DNA of 64,000 nt from positions 96,001 to 160,000 of IMG/VR virus record IMGVR_UViG_3300029288_000056; one strand, given 5' to 3'. Of the stretch, positions 1 through 9,562 are shown in pieces. The notes beneath the pieces were generated by a model. That model worked only from the letters and a program-made list of their open reading frames with translations, had not been told where the DNA came from and did not search any database. The stretch is from a virus (Duplodnaviria; Caudoviricetes). Each line of letters starts with the position of its first letter. Within the stretch, counting starts at the first letter, position 1. The position numbers and the translations under genes are program-made.

Positions 1-382
1 TTTGAGATAATGTGATGTTGTTTCCAGCTGCGAAGACTATTGCGCCAGTACTGCTGTTTAGAGACTGCACACCCGGTGCGACAGAGCCGGTCATTGTACT
101 TCCGCTTAATCCGAATGACAGGTTATTGGAGTTCGAAAAGACTACCGTTCCACTAAGGATCGTGGACGCACTATCTGCTATTCTCACCCCTGCACCCGTA
201 CCGACTATGGCATCTACGTAAGACTTGTTAGCAGCATCCATGTCACTAACGCATAGATCAACGTTGACGATCCGATGACTGTTAGCATTAATATAGGAGC
301 TTGACGAAGCGTCCGTGTTATATCTAACGACGGCGTCTCCGTCAAACAGATTGTGTAACGCTGATTGCTGCTTATCTAACAT
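1..382 (-). CDS. Tail fibre/adhesin-like protein, N-terminal part (runs off window edge)
   Basis: Not in ORF track. ATG at 382 with GGAG RBS; reads MLDKQQSALHNLFDGD...HRIVNVDLCVSDMDAANKSYVD...GTVVFSNSNNLSFGLSGST...VQSLNSSTGAIVFAAGNNITLSQ, open to position 1. DAANKxYVD neck motif and S/G/N/T-rich beta repeats are typical of fibres. Confidence 0.75.
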   Translation of the reverse strand, partial: MLDKQQSALHNLFDGDAVVRYNTDASSSSYINANSHRIVNVDLCVSDMDAANKSYVDAIVGTGAGVRIADSASTILSGTVVFSNSNNLSFGLSGSTMTGSVAPGVQSLNSSTGAIVFAAGNNITLSQ

Positions 383-1259
383 TAATCTCCGTTATCTGAT
401 AGATCTTGGAAGGATTGTAAATAAAGACCACACCGCCACCATCGTAGGCGTCGATACCTTCATCTATTATTCGTTTTGTATATTCTTGAGGCGACTCACC
501 GAAATGAGAGTCTCTTTGGTCGTATTCGCCGGCTACGTTACCTCTGAACTTCAGTTGAAGCACGGCGTATTTCTCGGTGTTAAATGGTTTTCCCGGGTTA
601 GTGAAATAATTGGTTGCGTTTTTAAGTGTGTGCATACAACTCACCGCGTAGTCGTTTACCCAACGCGGAGCTATCTTTGACAGCTGAAATCCGTTGGCCA
701 GTATCGACTCAACGTTTTCCCTTTTTGTAGTGTGATAAAGGGTCAGCGTTTTTGTTTCAATTTCCGCCGTTAGAAAGTTAAATTTGCTCGCCGCCATATC
801 ATCTAGACGAACGTTACCTTCTGGTCTATAAGGTTTGAGCAGGTCTTCAAGGTTAGCAGTTTCAGAAAGTGCCAACCAAGCCTCTGTAACGACATTCCAA
901 ACAACGCTTTGTATAGTATTAAAAGTGAGACCAGTCGCATCTTCCTTTTCTTTTATGTTATTTACTGTAACATCTACTAACTTGCCGGTATCGTTCCAAC
1001 TAAAAACTAACTGGGATGATTTTGTATTAAACCATTTTCTAATAAAGTCGGTCATAAAATTTTCCCCAGCCGTATTTAAAGCATATCCATTATAGTTACG
1101 CATTACACCGAAGAATAACGGGTCACCAATAAATGAAATAGCATGCATAACTTCAATACCTAAGACTAAATGGATAATTACATTTGTTGGTATATCATTC
1201 CAAGCACTCGCCCGATCACCAAAACTAGCGTTGGTTAAAAACTCTGTAAGTTTGTTCAT
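372..1259 (-). CDS. Tagged two-module protein with C-terminal ADP-ribosyltransferase-like (H-type) domain
   Basis: N-terminal MNKLTEFLTNA tag; internal AASKFNFLTA tag; then LYHTTKRENVESILANGF, resembling the LYHGT...I...GF strand-1 motif of PARP/DarT-like ARTs. Confidence 0.65.
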   Translation of the reverse strand: MNKLTEFLTNASFGDRASAWNDIPTNVIIHLVLGIEVMHAISFIGDPLFFGVMRNYNGYALNTAGENFMTDFIRKWFNTKSSQLVFSWNDTGKLVDVTVNNIKEKEDATGLTFNTIQSVVWNVVTEAWLALSETANLEDLLKPYRPEGNVRLDDMAASKFNFLTAEIETKTLTLYHTTKRENVESILANGFQLSKIAPRWVNDYAVSCMHTLKNATNYFTNPGKPFNTEKYAVLQLKFRGNVAGEYDQRDSHFGESPQEYTKRIIDEGIDAYDGGGVVFIYNPSKIYQITEINVR

Positions 1260-2038
1260 ATCTCCAATTGAGTCCCTTCCTTAACTTCTGTATTAGGAAT
1301 AAATTCAGCTGTGCCTTCGCCCTTATAAGGCTCTGTATGTTGAAAATCTTCCTCTGGTATAAGGTGGTTAATCGCATCCGGAGTTGACTCCCATTCGTCA
1401 GGGTTAAACTTCGCATTAGGATCAATGTTATCAGATTGTATGATCTCTCGAACTAGTTCCTCATCTCCGTCGGCCAAGTCCAATAGGCCTTCGTAGTTAG
1501 AGGCGGCGTCCAATGGGTGTTTAGACGCACTGATGCGTTCGTCTATATCTGATTGAATCTTTGGAACCATTTCATCCCACGCTTTTATACCGACGCCCGT
1601 TAGCTCGTTCTCGATCTGCTTGATGTCTCTAAGATATTCGTGGTACTGATCGTTCAGGCCGGCCTCTTCAATGAGCTTAACAAAGATAGGATCATCGGTG
1701 AATGAGACTCTAACCTTTTGAATATTAGACATTGCCGGGCTTAGGTGGAAGCCGAGGAGGGGAAAGCCGGCTTCGGCCAAGTAGGCTGTAATCGCTTTCA
1801 TAACTGCGTCTTCAAGTTTGTCGGTGTAGTGCAAGAATTCTCCCACACCCTCAGGATCCCAGTCTTCTTGGTCGTCAAAAAGAGGCTCTATATTGTAGGC
1901 CCGCGTAAAGTCGTCGGGTGTATCAATCCAAACCGAATTGATCCGCGCAGCATAGTTTCCGGACTCTAGAAACATCTCTAAGAAACTGAGTGCATCGTTG
2001 TTTATTGATGCGGTTAAAAATTCTGTAAGTTTACTCAT
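1256..2038 (-). CDS. Tagged acidic hypothetical protein
   Basis: MSKLTEFLTA tag, AAGGA RBS, coupled to the next gene. Confidence 0.8.
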   Translation of the reverse strand: MSKLTEFLTASINNDALSFLEMFLESGNYAARINSVWIDTPDDFTRAYNIEPLFDDQEDWDPEGVGEFLHYTDKLEDAVMKAITAYLAEAGFPLLGFHLSPAMSNIQKVRVSFTDDPIFVKLIEEAGLNDQYHEYLRDIKQIENELTGVGIKAWDEMVPKIQSDIDERISASKHPLDAASNYEGLLDLADGDEELVREIIQSDNIDPNAKFNPDEWESTPDAINHLIPEEDFQHTEPYKGEGTAEFIPNTEVKEGTQLEI

Positions 2039-2047
2039 GTTATCCTT

Positions 2048-2674
2048 TTAGGTATTAAAGATATATTCCGCTACCTGTTGAAATACTATATGGTAAGACT
2101 CGTTTAATAAAGCGAGCTCAAAATTACATTGTTTACTTATTCGCTCTATAAACTTTCGATTAGCTTCATAGGCCGAGCTAGTATCGATCTCGTCTGTTTT
2201 TGTTGTATAGCAATACCTCAATGAATCTTCCGGCCAGCTATGCCTATCACCAATTGGGTGAGCCTCTATGTTTGATGCAGGATTTAGACTGTCGTCATAG
2301 AAGCGATCCCATACTTCCCCCGCTTGAAAAGAGGTGTCCCCGTCAACGTCCGACGCTAAGCCGTATCCTTCTGACCCAGCCTCTTGCATTGCAATAATAT
2401 ACATAGGTGGCCCATATCCGTTTCCTCGTGTAAGAGCTAACTCAACTGTCTTAAACTCATCATAACTTTGTTCAACCACCAACATGGCGATTGACCTATA
2501 GTTAATAAAATCCGCCAAACTATCCACATCGTCGAATCTTTCGTCGGTAACTAATAAGTGTGGATCATAAAGGACATAACCTATATCATAATCATTAGGG
2601 CTAAAAGCTGCTAGTGCCAAGCCTTGTATGCTTTTATACGAAGCATCTAACAAAAACGACGTTAGTTTGTTCAT
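2048..2674 (-). CDS. Tagged GNAT-like repeat-family protein
   Basis: MNKLTSFLLDA tag; GYGPPMYIIAMQ...GLASD...TS..A..VWDRF family motif. Confidence 0.7.
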   Translation of the reverse strand: MNKLTSFLLDASYKSIQGLALAAFSPNDYDIGYVLYDPHLLVTDERFDDVDSLADFINYRSIAMLVVEQSYDEFKTVELALTRGNGYGPPMYIIAMQEAGSEGYGLASDVDGDTSFQAGEVWDRFYDDSLNPASNIEAHPIGDRHSWPEDSLRYCYTTKTDEIDTSSAYEANRKFIERISKQCNFELALLNESYHIVFQQVAEYIFNT

Positions 2675-3205
2675 TTATCTCCTATTATAAGTAACTTCGT
2701 ACTTGCCCGGATAGACAATACACTCTTTTTCTAATTCAATTGCATTAAGAATTTTATCTAATTCCGAATCCTCGTATAGTTGCTCTAAAAATTCTTGGTC
2801 GACATCTTCATCAATACTATCCATTAGATATTGAGAGAAGGCATACACATCGAGAGCGTCGGCTTTAGGATATTTTTGAGCGTCTAGCTCTAGCACGTTG
2901 TTCCCAAAGCCCAAACCTTCTATACCGTCTCCATCCTGAGTCCATGAGGTAAACTTAGCAGAACAATCATACAATGTCTTTTGACCGTTTTGCGTGGGGA
3001 TTGGAAAACAATAAGTCGTCAGTTCACCGTCGTCCACTGCTCTGTAGATGTTTGATTCTAAATCATAATGATATTTGCCGGCCCACTTCAACAGAAGATC
3101 GGTTGGCTTATCCTCACCACCTCTAACCCATGAACATAGGTCAACGAGAGCCTCTATAAATACGGAGGCTTTCTCCGCTAGTAAAAACGATGTTAGTTTG
3201 CTCAT
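2675..3205 (-). CDS. Tagged ADP-ribosyltransferase-like protein (R-S-E type)
   Basis: MSKLTSFLLA tag; IYRAV...FTSWT...ELEKECIV matches the R / S-x-[ST] / E-x-E arrangement. Confidence 0.65.
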   Translation of the reverse strand: MSKLTSFLLAEKASVFIEALVDLCSWVRGGEDKPTDLLLKWAGKYHYDLESNIYRAVDDGELTTYCFPIPTQNGQKTLYDCSAKFTSWTQDGDGIEGLGFGNNVLELDAQKYPKADALDVYAFSQYLMDSIDEDVDQEFLEQLYEDSELDKILNAIELEKECIVYPGKYEVTYNRR

Positions 3206-4137
3206 CCTTGATGATCCCTTAAGTAATCTTCTAATAATCTAGAAAGCTTAGGGTCTACGTACTTCTCGTAGTCCACGTGGTTCGGTGTAGTCATCATGTA
3301 GCCCCAATTCCCGCTGCCAACGTTGTATACGAAGTGTACATCTCTAACCTCTACACGCTTAACATAGGTGCCGCTGTCTGCGTACAACCTGTCCCAAACT
3401 GCTGTAGCGGCATCTCGTGTCGCCCCCCTATCGTCACTCGCAACCGGTAGTCCGTATTTGTTTGTAATATATTGGATTATCGCCAAATAAAGCCACGCTC
3501 CATAACCGTGCGGAGCAAAGGCGCTATTAACAAAGTAATAGCCGTCGGCCTTACAGCATTGAATATGGCCGATCTCGTTGTTTACGTTAAAGTCAGTAAT
3601 CTTCATGCTTTTAGGAAACAACGTCATTGTAACGTAGTACTCCGACTCTCCAAGTGCCATCACCATGCCGTCCGGCGGTGTGAGCGCGGCGCTCAGCGGC
3701 CCTAGTAAGAACTCGGTCAGTTTGGAGGCGGCAAATGCAAAGCCTCGCTCCGGTTGTTTGGGGACCAAAGAGAAGTCTTGCGCCATCCCGTCGTTTACAC
3801 TAATGACATCAAAATCGTCGCCTCGCGCCTCTACTAAGCCTTTCATGTCGTACAAGTACCACTTTGCGTTTTCACCCCAAATGATTGTTAGTTGATGGTG
3901 AAGGCGGCCCATTTGAATGGCTTCTTCCAAAAGCATGTCAGGTACGAAGTAGGAGCGTTCTTTCCATACCTTACCCGTATTGTCAGTCCACTGGCCCACC
4001 ATATCGATAAAACCCCAGCCGTTAACCTCAAGATCCTTTTCAAGATCTTTCCAGTTATCAGAAGCGATACAGCAGAACTTTTCACCTGAATTGAAGTGCT
4101 GTAGAATACGGCCTACGGATCCAGCGTTAAGCCTCAT
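3202..4137 (-). CDS. Tagged two-module protein: DUF3293-like domain + GNAT-like repeat
   Basis: MRLNA tag; ERSYFVP...AIQMGRLHHQLTIIW (DUF3293-like); internal AASKLTEFLL tag; GYGAWLY...VASD...TAVWDRL. Confidence 0.65.
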   Translation of the reverse strand: MRLNAGSVGRILQHFNSGEKFCCIASDNWKDLEKDLEVNGWGFIDMVGQWTDNTGKVWKERSYFVPDMLLEEAIQMGRLHHQLTIIWGENAKWYLYDMKGLVEARGDDFDVISVNDGMAQDFSLVPKQPERGFAFAASKLTEFLLGPLSAALTPPDGMVMALGESEYYVTMTLFPKSMKITDFNVNNEIGHIQCCKADGYYFVNSAFAPHGYGAWLYLAIIQYITNKYGLPVASDDRGATRDAATAVWDRLYADSGTYVKRVEVRDVHFVYNVGSGNWGYMMTTPNHVDYEKYVDPKLSRLLEDYLRDHQG

Positions 4138-5720
4138 ACTTCCTCCAATTTAATATCAAGTAAGCTAAATAATTCATCCCAACTATCGGTCGCGTTGGCC
4201 CGCGTGCCACCTAGTTCATGGAAGCGGTTTATCACAAGGTTCTTAAGGGCGGCGTTTTGATCATTCACGTTAACCGTTGCTACATAGCGGTTAGCAAATT
4301 CTCTAACGCTCAACTCCATAGTTTGCAAAAATCCTTTCAGCTGCTCACGGCCTTTCCGATAGCCGCCTAGCGGCTTTAGATCGAGGCCGAGGTTCTCGCA
4401 TATCTCAAACGCGACCGCGTCCGTTAAGAATTCCTCAATCTTGTTGTTCTCCGTTGCGTTCGGGTTTGAGCTCAGAACTCCGTGAACCATTTCGTGAAGG
4501 ATCTCTTGGGGTAGGCTGTTCTCCTTTACACCGATCTCTTGAGTCTCCTCGATGTAGTAACCTTTTACGCGGTTAGTAAGTGTTTCCTCACCGTTCTTTT
4601 TATTGATTGCGTCGCTCTTATCTAACCATTCTTGATAGTTCATCATATCTATACTGGATATCTTCGGCTTGATTCCGCCAAAGTAGTCGGCGATTGCGTT
4701 GATTAGATCCTGAATAGCGGGACAGTTCAAAGGAACAGGCCGCGCATTAAGCAGAAACTCTGTCAACTTGCTGGCCGATTTCCTTTCGGCTTTCCACTGA
4801 TTGTAGGTGTTCTTCGCATTCTCGATCTGATACTTAGTAAAGAACGGAGCCTTCATTGAGTAGGCGTACTTGAGCTGTATATCCACACCATAATCGGGAG
4901 CTGGTACCCAATCATTCCTTGATGAAATAGGAGTGTGTTCAATCCGCGGGTCGTTATAGAAGCGTTGCCAAAGATCTTGCGCGGCGCTTGATGTGTTTCC
5001 TTCACCTTCATCCGACGCTAAGTCTCCTAAGACCTGCATCGCGATAAGGTATGTAAGTGCGCCGTAGCCTCCTTCTGGTCCCCAACCGCCTTCAACAGAA
5101 TAGTAGCCTTCACGCGGGTAAGCCTCAACAACACCTACTCTAGTGTGTAAGTCTGTGTAGAGTTCAAAGATCGTATATCCGTCGGAGCCTTCGTAGATAC
5201 TTAGGCCGACCTCTTCAATCGAGGGCAGGGATGCGTTTAAGGTCGATCTACTCGCGGACACCCCATATTTCCATTCTTCATACTGGCTTTCCGCCATTTC
5301 AATTTCCTGTTCATCAAAAAACGGTGTTCTCATACTATAATAACATCTAAGCCATCGCGGTTGACTTGGATGCCAATCTTTCCTTTTCATTATAGGGGTA
5401 TGCTTAATTCGTGGATCGTCATAAAACTTCTTCCATAACGCTTCTGCACTGGGAGAAGTATTACCTTCCTGTCTATCAGATGCGATCCCTCCACGTAGTT
5501 GCATGGCGAGTAAGTAACAGAGTGCACCGTAACCGTGTTTTCCTTCACTAGTTTCAACAGTACCGTAATCGCCTTCCCCATATACTTCTACTATAGCTAT
5601 TTCTCTCATACTCTTCACGCCAAGCGCCGAATCATAAAGAGAGAAACGATAGTATTCTTGATCTGAATACCAGTCTAATCCTAAACCGTCTAATGATGCG
5701 AGGCTGGCGTTTAGTCTCAT
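4134..5720 (-). CDS. Tagged three-module protein: two GNAT-like repeats + HExxH metallopeptidase
   Basis: MRLNA, SASRSTLNA and SASKLTEFLLNA tags delimit the modules; LHEMVHG...EEFLTD zincin motif. Confidence 0.7.
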   Translation of the reverse strand: MRLNASLASLDGLGLDWYSDQEYYRFSLYDSALGVKSMREIAIVEVYGEGDYGTVETSEGKHGYGALCYLLAMQLRGGIASDRQEGNTSPSAEALWKKFYDDPRIKHTPIMKRKDWHPSQPRWLRCYYSMRTPFFDEQEIEMAESQYEEWKYGVSASRSTLNASLPSIEEVGLSIYEGSDGYTIFELYTDLHTRVGVVEAYPREGYYSVEGGWGPEGGYGALTYLIAMQVLGDLASDEGEGNTSSAAQDLWQRFYNDPRIEHTPISSRNDWVPAPDYGVDIQLKYAYSMKAPFFTKYQIENAKNTYNQWKAERKSASKLTEFLLNARPVPLNCPAIQDLINAIADYFGGIKPKISSIDMMNYQEWLDKSDAINKKNGEETLTNRVKGYYIEETQEIGVKENSLPQEILHEMVHGVLSSNPNATENNKIEEFLTDAVAFEICENLGLDLKPLGGYRKGREQLKGFLQTMELSVREFANRYVATVNVNDQNAALKNLVINRFHELGGTRANATDSWDELFSLLDIKLEEV

Positions 5721-6211
5721 CTTAACACTCTCTTTTTCATTCTGTCAATTGCATCATCTATATCTGATTGGGGAATAATAGGTTGTTTTAAACTATAAGC
5801 ATATTGTGTGGCTTCTATATAAGAATCATCATCGTTATAGTTGGCAGATTCCTCTAGCCAAGTTGGTATATCTCTGTCAGGTATCATGGTGTGTTCAATG
5901 CGAGGATCGTTATAGAACTTATTCCAAAGATCTTGTGCGGCTAAACTAGTTGTAGCATCGTTGTCTGACGCGATGGCCCCACAAATTTGCATTGCGATTA
6001 AATACAAGAGGGCGCCATAACCGTGTATACCTTCACTATTTTCAACAGTCCAATAGCCATCATGGTGTTTCAATCTCATGTCAGCAAAAGAATGAAGAGC
6101 TTCGTTGCGAAGGCTCATGTTTTTATGATCGTTACGATCATAAACATACAACAACAGTCCGTCCAACGAGGCCAATCCTGCATTAAGCAGAAATGAAGTT
6201 AGTCTATTCAA
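5717..6211 (-). CDS. Tagged GNAT-like repeat-family protein
   Basis: MNRLTSFLLNA tag; GYGALLYLIAMQ..IASD..TS..AQDLWNKF. Confidence 0.7.
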   Translation of the reverse strand: MNRLTSFLLNAGLASLDGLLLYVYDRNDHKNMSLRNEALHSFADMRLKHHDGYWTVENSEGIHGYGALLYLIAMQICGAIASDNDATTSLAAQDLWNKFYNDPRIEHTMIPDRDIPTWLEESANYNDDDSYIEATQYAYSLKQPIIPQSDIDDAIDRMKKRVLR

Positions 6212-7142
6212 AGCCCCACTCCTTTGCCCTTTGAACCGCGTCGGCGATTTGTTGTTCGGTGAAGACCGGAGACTTCAGTGTGTAATAGTATTTGTAAACA
6301 TCCGACGTACCATTCCGATCTATGGGCTTCTTGTGAATTCGCGGATCATTAATCATGTGCCTCCAAAGTTCAACAGCGTCACGTGATAAGACCCCACCGG
6401 GCGATAACCCACCAAGCATTTGCATCGCGATTAGGTAACAGAGCGCTCCGTAACCATGTTCACCCTCTGCCCTCTCAACTTCCCAATAGCCAAATTCGTC
6501 TGAAGCAATTATATAGGCGGTATCATGCAAACGGTCAACGTTCTTATTTTTGTAAATCTTAAACATCCCTCTATCCATCACCAAGGCAACCTCGTCGATA
6601 GACGCAATACCGGCACTTAAAAGGAAGTTAGTAAGCTTGCTCGCGGCTTTTGTCCAGCCGTTCTTCCAATTAATAAATGTACTCGTAGCTTCGTTGATTT
6701 GATCTATGGTGAAAAATGGTACTTTCATTTCGTATCTATATCTTAAATGTTCAACTTTCCAGCGCTTCCTCTCTGGTATAAGTATCTTATCGATACGCGG
6801 ATCGTCGTAGAAGCGCTTCCAAAGAGTAGATGCGTTATCGGAAGAGTCTCTATCTTTGTCTGACGCTATACTTCCAACGCACTGCATCGCGATCAGATAA
6901 CAGAGTGCCCCGTAACCGTGATCTCCATATCCACCTTCGACGGTCCAATATTCTTCACCCTCATTGTCTTCACCCTCGTTGTGTGCGCTCACACTCGCTC
7001 TATTCATTGATCTCATAGCCTCTTCTTTTGATGTAAACAACATAAATATCCTAGAGTATATACTGCCCGGATCAGCATATAGCCCCACGTCTTCGATTGA
7101 GGCTATACCAGCATTGAGTAGGAATGTCGTTAAATTATTCAC
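6204..7142 (-). CDS. Tagged protein with two GNAT-like repeats
   Basis: Start moved to GTG at 7142 (GGAG RBS, gives MNNLTTFLLNA tag); internal AASKLTNFLLSA tag; two GYGALCYLIAMQ motifs. Confidence 0.7.
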   Translation of the reverse strand: MNNLTTFLLNAGIASIEDVGLYADPGSIYSRIFMLFTSKEEAMRSMNRASVSAHNEGEDNEGEEYWTVEGGYGDHGYGALCYLIAMQCVGSIASDKDRDSSDNASTLWKRFYDDPRIDKILIPERKRWKVEHLRYRYEMKVPFFTIDQINEATSTFINWKNGWTKAASKLTNFLLSAGIASIDEVALVMDRGMFKIYKNKNVDRLHDTAYIIASDEFGYWEVERAEGEHGYGALCYLIAMQMLGGLSPGGVLSRDAVELWRHMINDPRIHKKPIDRNGTSDVYKYYYTLKSPVFTEQQIADAVQRAKEWGFE

Positions 7143-7629
7143 TCCACTCCTTATACCTTGCGATTGCGTCATCAATCTGTTGTTGCGTGAAGAACGGTGT
7201 CTTCATCCAATAACGGTATTTAACCGCTCGGGTGTGATGATCCATACCTCTTGACCAACCTACCCGTCTCTCTTCGATTGGTTCATGCGCAATCCGTGGA
7301 TCATTGTAGAACCGTTTCCAAAGGTCTTGCGCTGAACCTGACGTGGTTGCGTCTTCATCTGAGGCAAGTGAACCGCAGATCTGCATCGCAATTAGATAGC
7401 AGAGAGCCCCATAGCCGCCTTCAGGGCCCCAACCATCTTCTACGGTCCAGTAATTATCCTGAAGACGAACACCCGTCATGCCATTTGGATCTCTAGTTTT
7501 TACTCGTCTCTGAGTAGTGTATATTTCTATATATTTGTAGTTAGTTTCGTTCCCGTCGCCGTTTTTCACGGCTACACTCTCAATAGATGGTAGTCCTGCG
7601 TTCAAAAGGAACTCGGTTAATACGCTCAT
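7135..7629 (-). CDS. Tagged GNAT-like repeat-family protein
   Basis: MSVLTEFLLNA tag; GYGALCYLIAMQ..LASD..TS..AQDLWKRF. Confidence 0.7.
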   Translation of the reverse strand: MSVLTEFLLNAGLPSIESVAVKNGDGNETNYKYIEIYTTQRRVKTRDPNGMTGVRLQDNYWTVEDGWGPEGGYGALCYLIAMQICGSLASDEDATTSGSAQDLWKRFYNDPRIAHEPIEERRVGWSRGMDHHTRAVKYRYWMKTPFFTQQQIDDAIARYKEWSE

Positions 7630-7637
7630 GTACCCTC

Positions 7638-8072
7638 CTAGTGTAGTCCGGTGCCATCACATATACTGCAGTCTTCCGACTCGTCGTCGGTGAGCCCGGA
7701 TCCGAAACATGCTGGGCAAAGTCTAGCTAAAGTGTGTTTCTCACTCGCCAATGTGTCTCCCCATTTATGAAATGTATCGTTCATGTCCATCTGTACAAGA
7801 TCGCCATCGTCGGTTTGTCTCCAAACCTTGGCCGTCCTGTTACCGGAGCGCATGATACAATCCCAAATCGCATCCTCAACTGCTGGATAGCTTTCTTCAA
7901 TTGCTAGAATGACGTATTCCTGTGTCTCAGGGTTCCAAGTTATTACCTGTTTACCATCTACAAACACGTCGTTCCCGTCGTACACATAGTCGCCCGGTTC
8001 TGGGACTGGTTCTGCTAATAGGTCTGACGTCTCGTCAGTATAAGCAGCGTTTAAAAAGTCTGTAAGTCTCAT
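7638..8072 (-). CDS. Tagged acidic protein with C-terminal DnaJ-type zinc finger
   Basis: MRLTDFLNA tag; CPACFGSG...CSICDGTG. Confidence 0.75.
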   Translation of the reverse strand: MRLTDFLNAAYTDETSDLLAEPVPEPGDYVYDGNDVFVDGKQVITWNPETQEYVILAIEESYPAVEDAIWDCIMRSGNRTAKVWRQTDDGDLVQMDMNDTFHKWGDTLASEKHTLARLCPACFGSGLTDDESEDCSICDGTGLH

Positions 8073-8090
8073 AATATTCCTCCTTTTGTG

Positions 8091-8891
8091 TTAAATTCCT
8101 GTGCGCCAAAGACTGTCGTCAGCGTTCCAAGGAGATCCGTAAGGGTCCTCTATGTAGTCGTCATCGTCAAAAACTCTAATAGTTGTATCAACCGGTTTCG
8201 TCGGATCACCTGTCGGTAGATCGGATATCCTACCGCGGGCAAAACTACCCATCGGTCTTACAAACTCATCAGCCGTCCCATTCTGTCGCGCTTCATATAA
8301 GACTTGCGCGCTCTTTATTTCGTCTAACGGAATGAGTGGATGAAGCGCAGTTAGTTTATAGAGCATAGGATCGTCTTTGGCTAGCTCAAGTCTTTGAGCA
8401 TCCTTAGCTCTTTCTTGAATAAGTTCCCGTTTAACTTCGGGGCTTTTGAACATTCTCAAGAATGCGTTCTTTGCAGGAAAAGCGAGTGCGTTGTCGCTGA
8501 TGTCCATTGCTATTCCACCCTTATTCTGATAGAGCGTCAGTGCGACCCTAATTACGATGTCCACGTTTCCCGTGGCCCAGCCGATAATGAAGTGGTCCCC
8601 TTCTCGCGCTACTGCGATACCATCCTCTATTCTGCCTGAGCCGGCAGTTAGTAAGATGTACTCACCGATTCCAAAGTCTTTAAAGTGTAGGGCGAGTTCA
8701 CCCCAAGTACCGAGCCCCTCACCTTTTGTTACTGGTGTTGACGGAGGTAGAGCTAGTGCGCCTGTTGGTTGTATCTTATAATCAGGAAACTTTGCGGCCG
8801 TTAGAAACTCGGTCAGTAGGGACGGCTTTACTTCGCTGTACAACTCCGCCGGTATGACGGATTTCCTTGCTACGTATTCTAAACTTCTCAT
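8091..8891 (-). CDS. Tagged protein with degenerate GNAT-like repeat
   Basis: SLLTEFLTAA tag near N-terminus; GGIAMD...AKNAFLRMFKSPEV aligns loosely with the family. Confidence 0.6.
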   Translation of the reverse strand: MRSLEYVARKSVIPAELYSEVKPSLLTEFLTAAKFPDYKIQPTGALALPPSTPVTKGEGLGTWGELALHFKDFGIGEYILLTAGSGRIEDGIAVAREGDHFIIGWATGNVDIVIRVALTLYQNKGGIAMDISDNALAFPAKNAFLRMFKSPEVKRELIQERAKDAQRLELAKDDPMLYKLTALHPLIPLDEIKSAQVLYEARQNGTADEFVRPMGSFARGRISDLPTGDPTKPVDTTIRVFDDDDYIEDPYGSPWNADDSLWRTGI

Positions 8892-8899
8892 AATACTCC

Positions 8900-9562
8900 T
8901 TAATGATAAAAAAAGTTCCGCGTTGCTGAACCAAATTTAACTATTATTTCACTCTCGGTATACCACTGTTTCAAGTAGTCAACGACCTGTTGGTGTAAGG
9001 CCTTCTCTGCCGAAACGTCTATTTCTGGTCTTTTGACCTTATACGCAACACTCAACCAAGGGCCTCCATCAATATAGCCGTCCCCGCCGCATCGTTCGCA
9101 ATCTTCTTCGTCTCCGTCACAATCAGGACAAACCGTTTGTGGTGCGTCATATCTTTCTTCTCTTATTATATTTGAGTTAGGGTCTTGGCTATCTATAAGG
9201 AATCTGCGCCAAACTTCTGATGCTTCATCTGATGTTCTACCTGTTATATCAGAGGCTAACCCCTTCCCTCTCGCGGTACAATCTTGCATTGCCACAATAT
9301 AAAGGGTAGGTCCGTAACCTTGCTCAGCATAAGAGTATTCTATTGTATCCTCTTGTCTGTCCTCTTGATTGTCTGAATAAACAATAAGCATCGCTATCCC
9401 ATTGTTCTGAAGGATAGGCTCAAGATTTGCATGAGCCTTAAAAGCAGAATCGTAAGTGCCCGCCAAAATTGTGTCGGGATCGTACACAAAATAGAAGAAC
9501 TCCTCTCCACCGTGGTAGGTGAATAGGGCGAGTCCTGTTATATCGCGTCGGCCTGCTTGCAT
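8900..9562 (-). CDS. GNAT-like repeat-family protein with inserted zinc finger
   Basis: MQA short tag; GYGPTLYIVAMQ...GLASD; CPDCDG...CERCGGDG insertion. Confidence 0.7.
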   Translation of the reverse strand: MQAGRRDITGLALFTYHGGEEFFYFVYDPDTILAGTYDSAFKAHANLEPILQNNGIAMLIVYSDNQEDRQEDTIEYSYAEQGYGPTLYIVAMQDCTARGKGLASDITGRTSDEASEVWRRFLIDSQDPNSNIIREERYDAPQTVCPDCDGDEEDCERCGGDGYIDGGPWLSVAYKVKRPEIDVSAEKALHQQVVDYLKQWYTESEIIVKFGSATRNFFYH

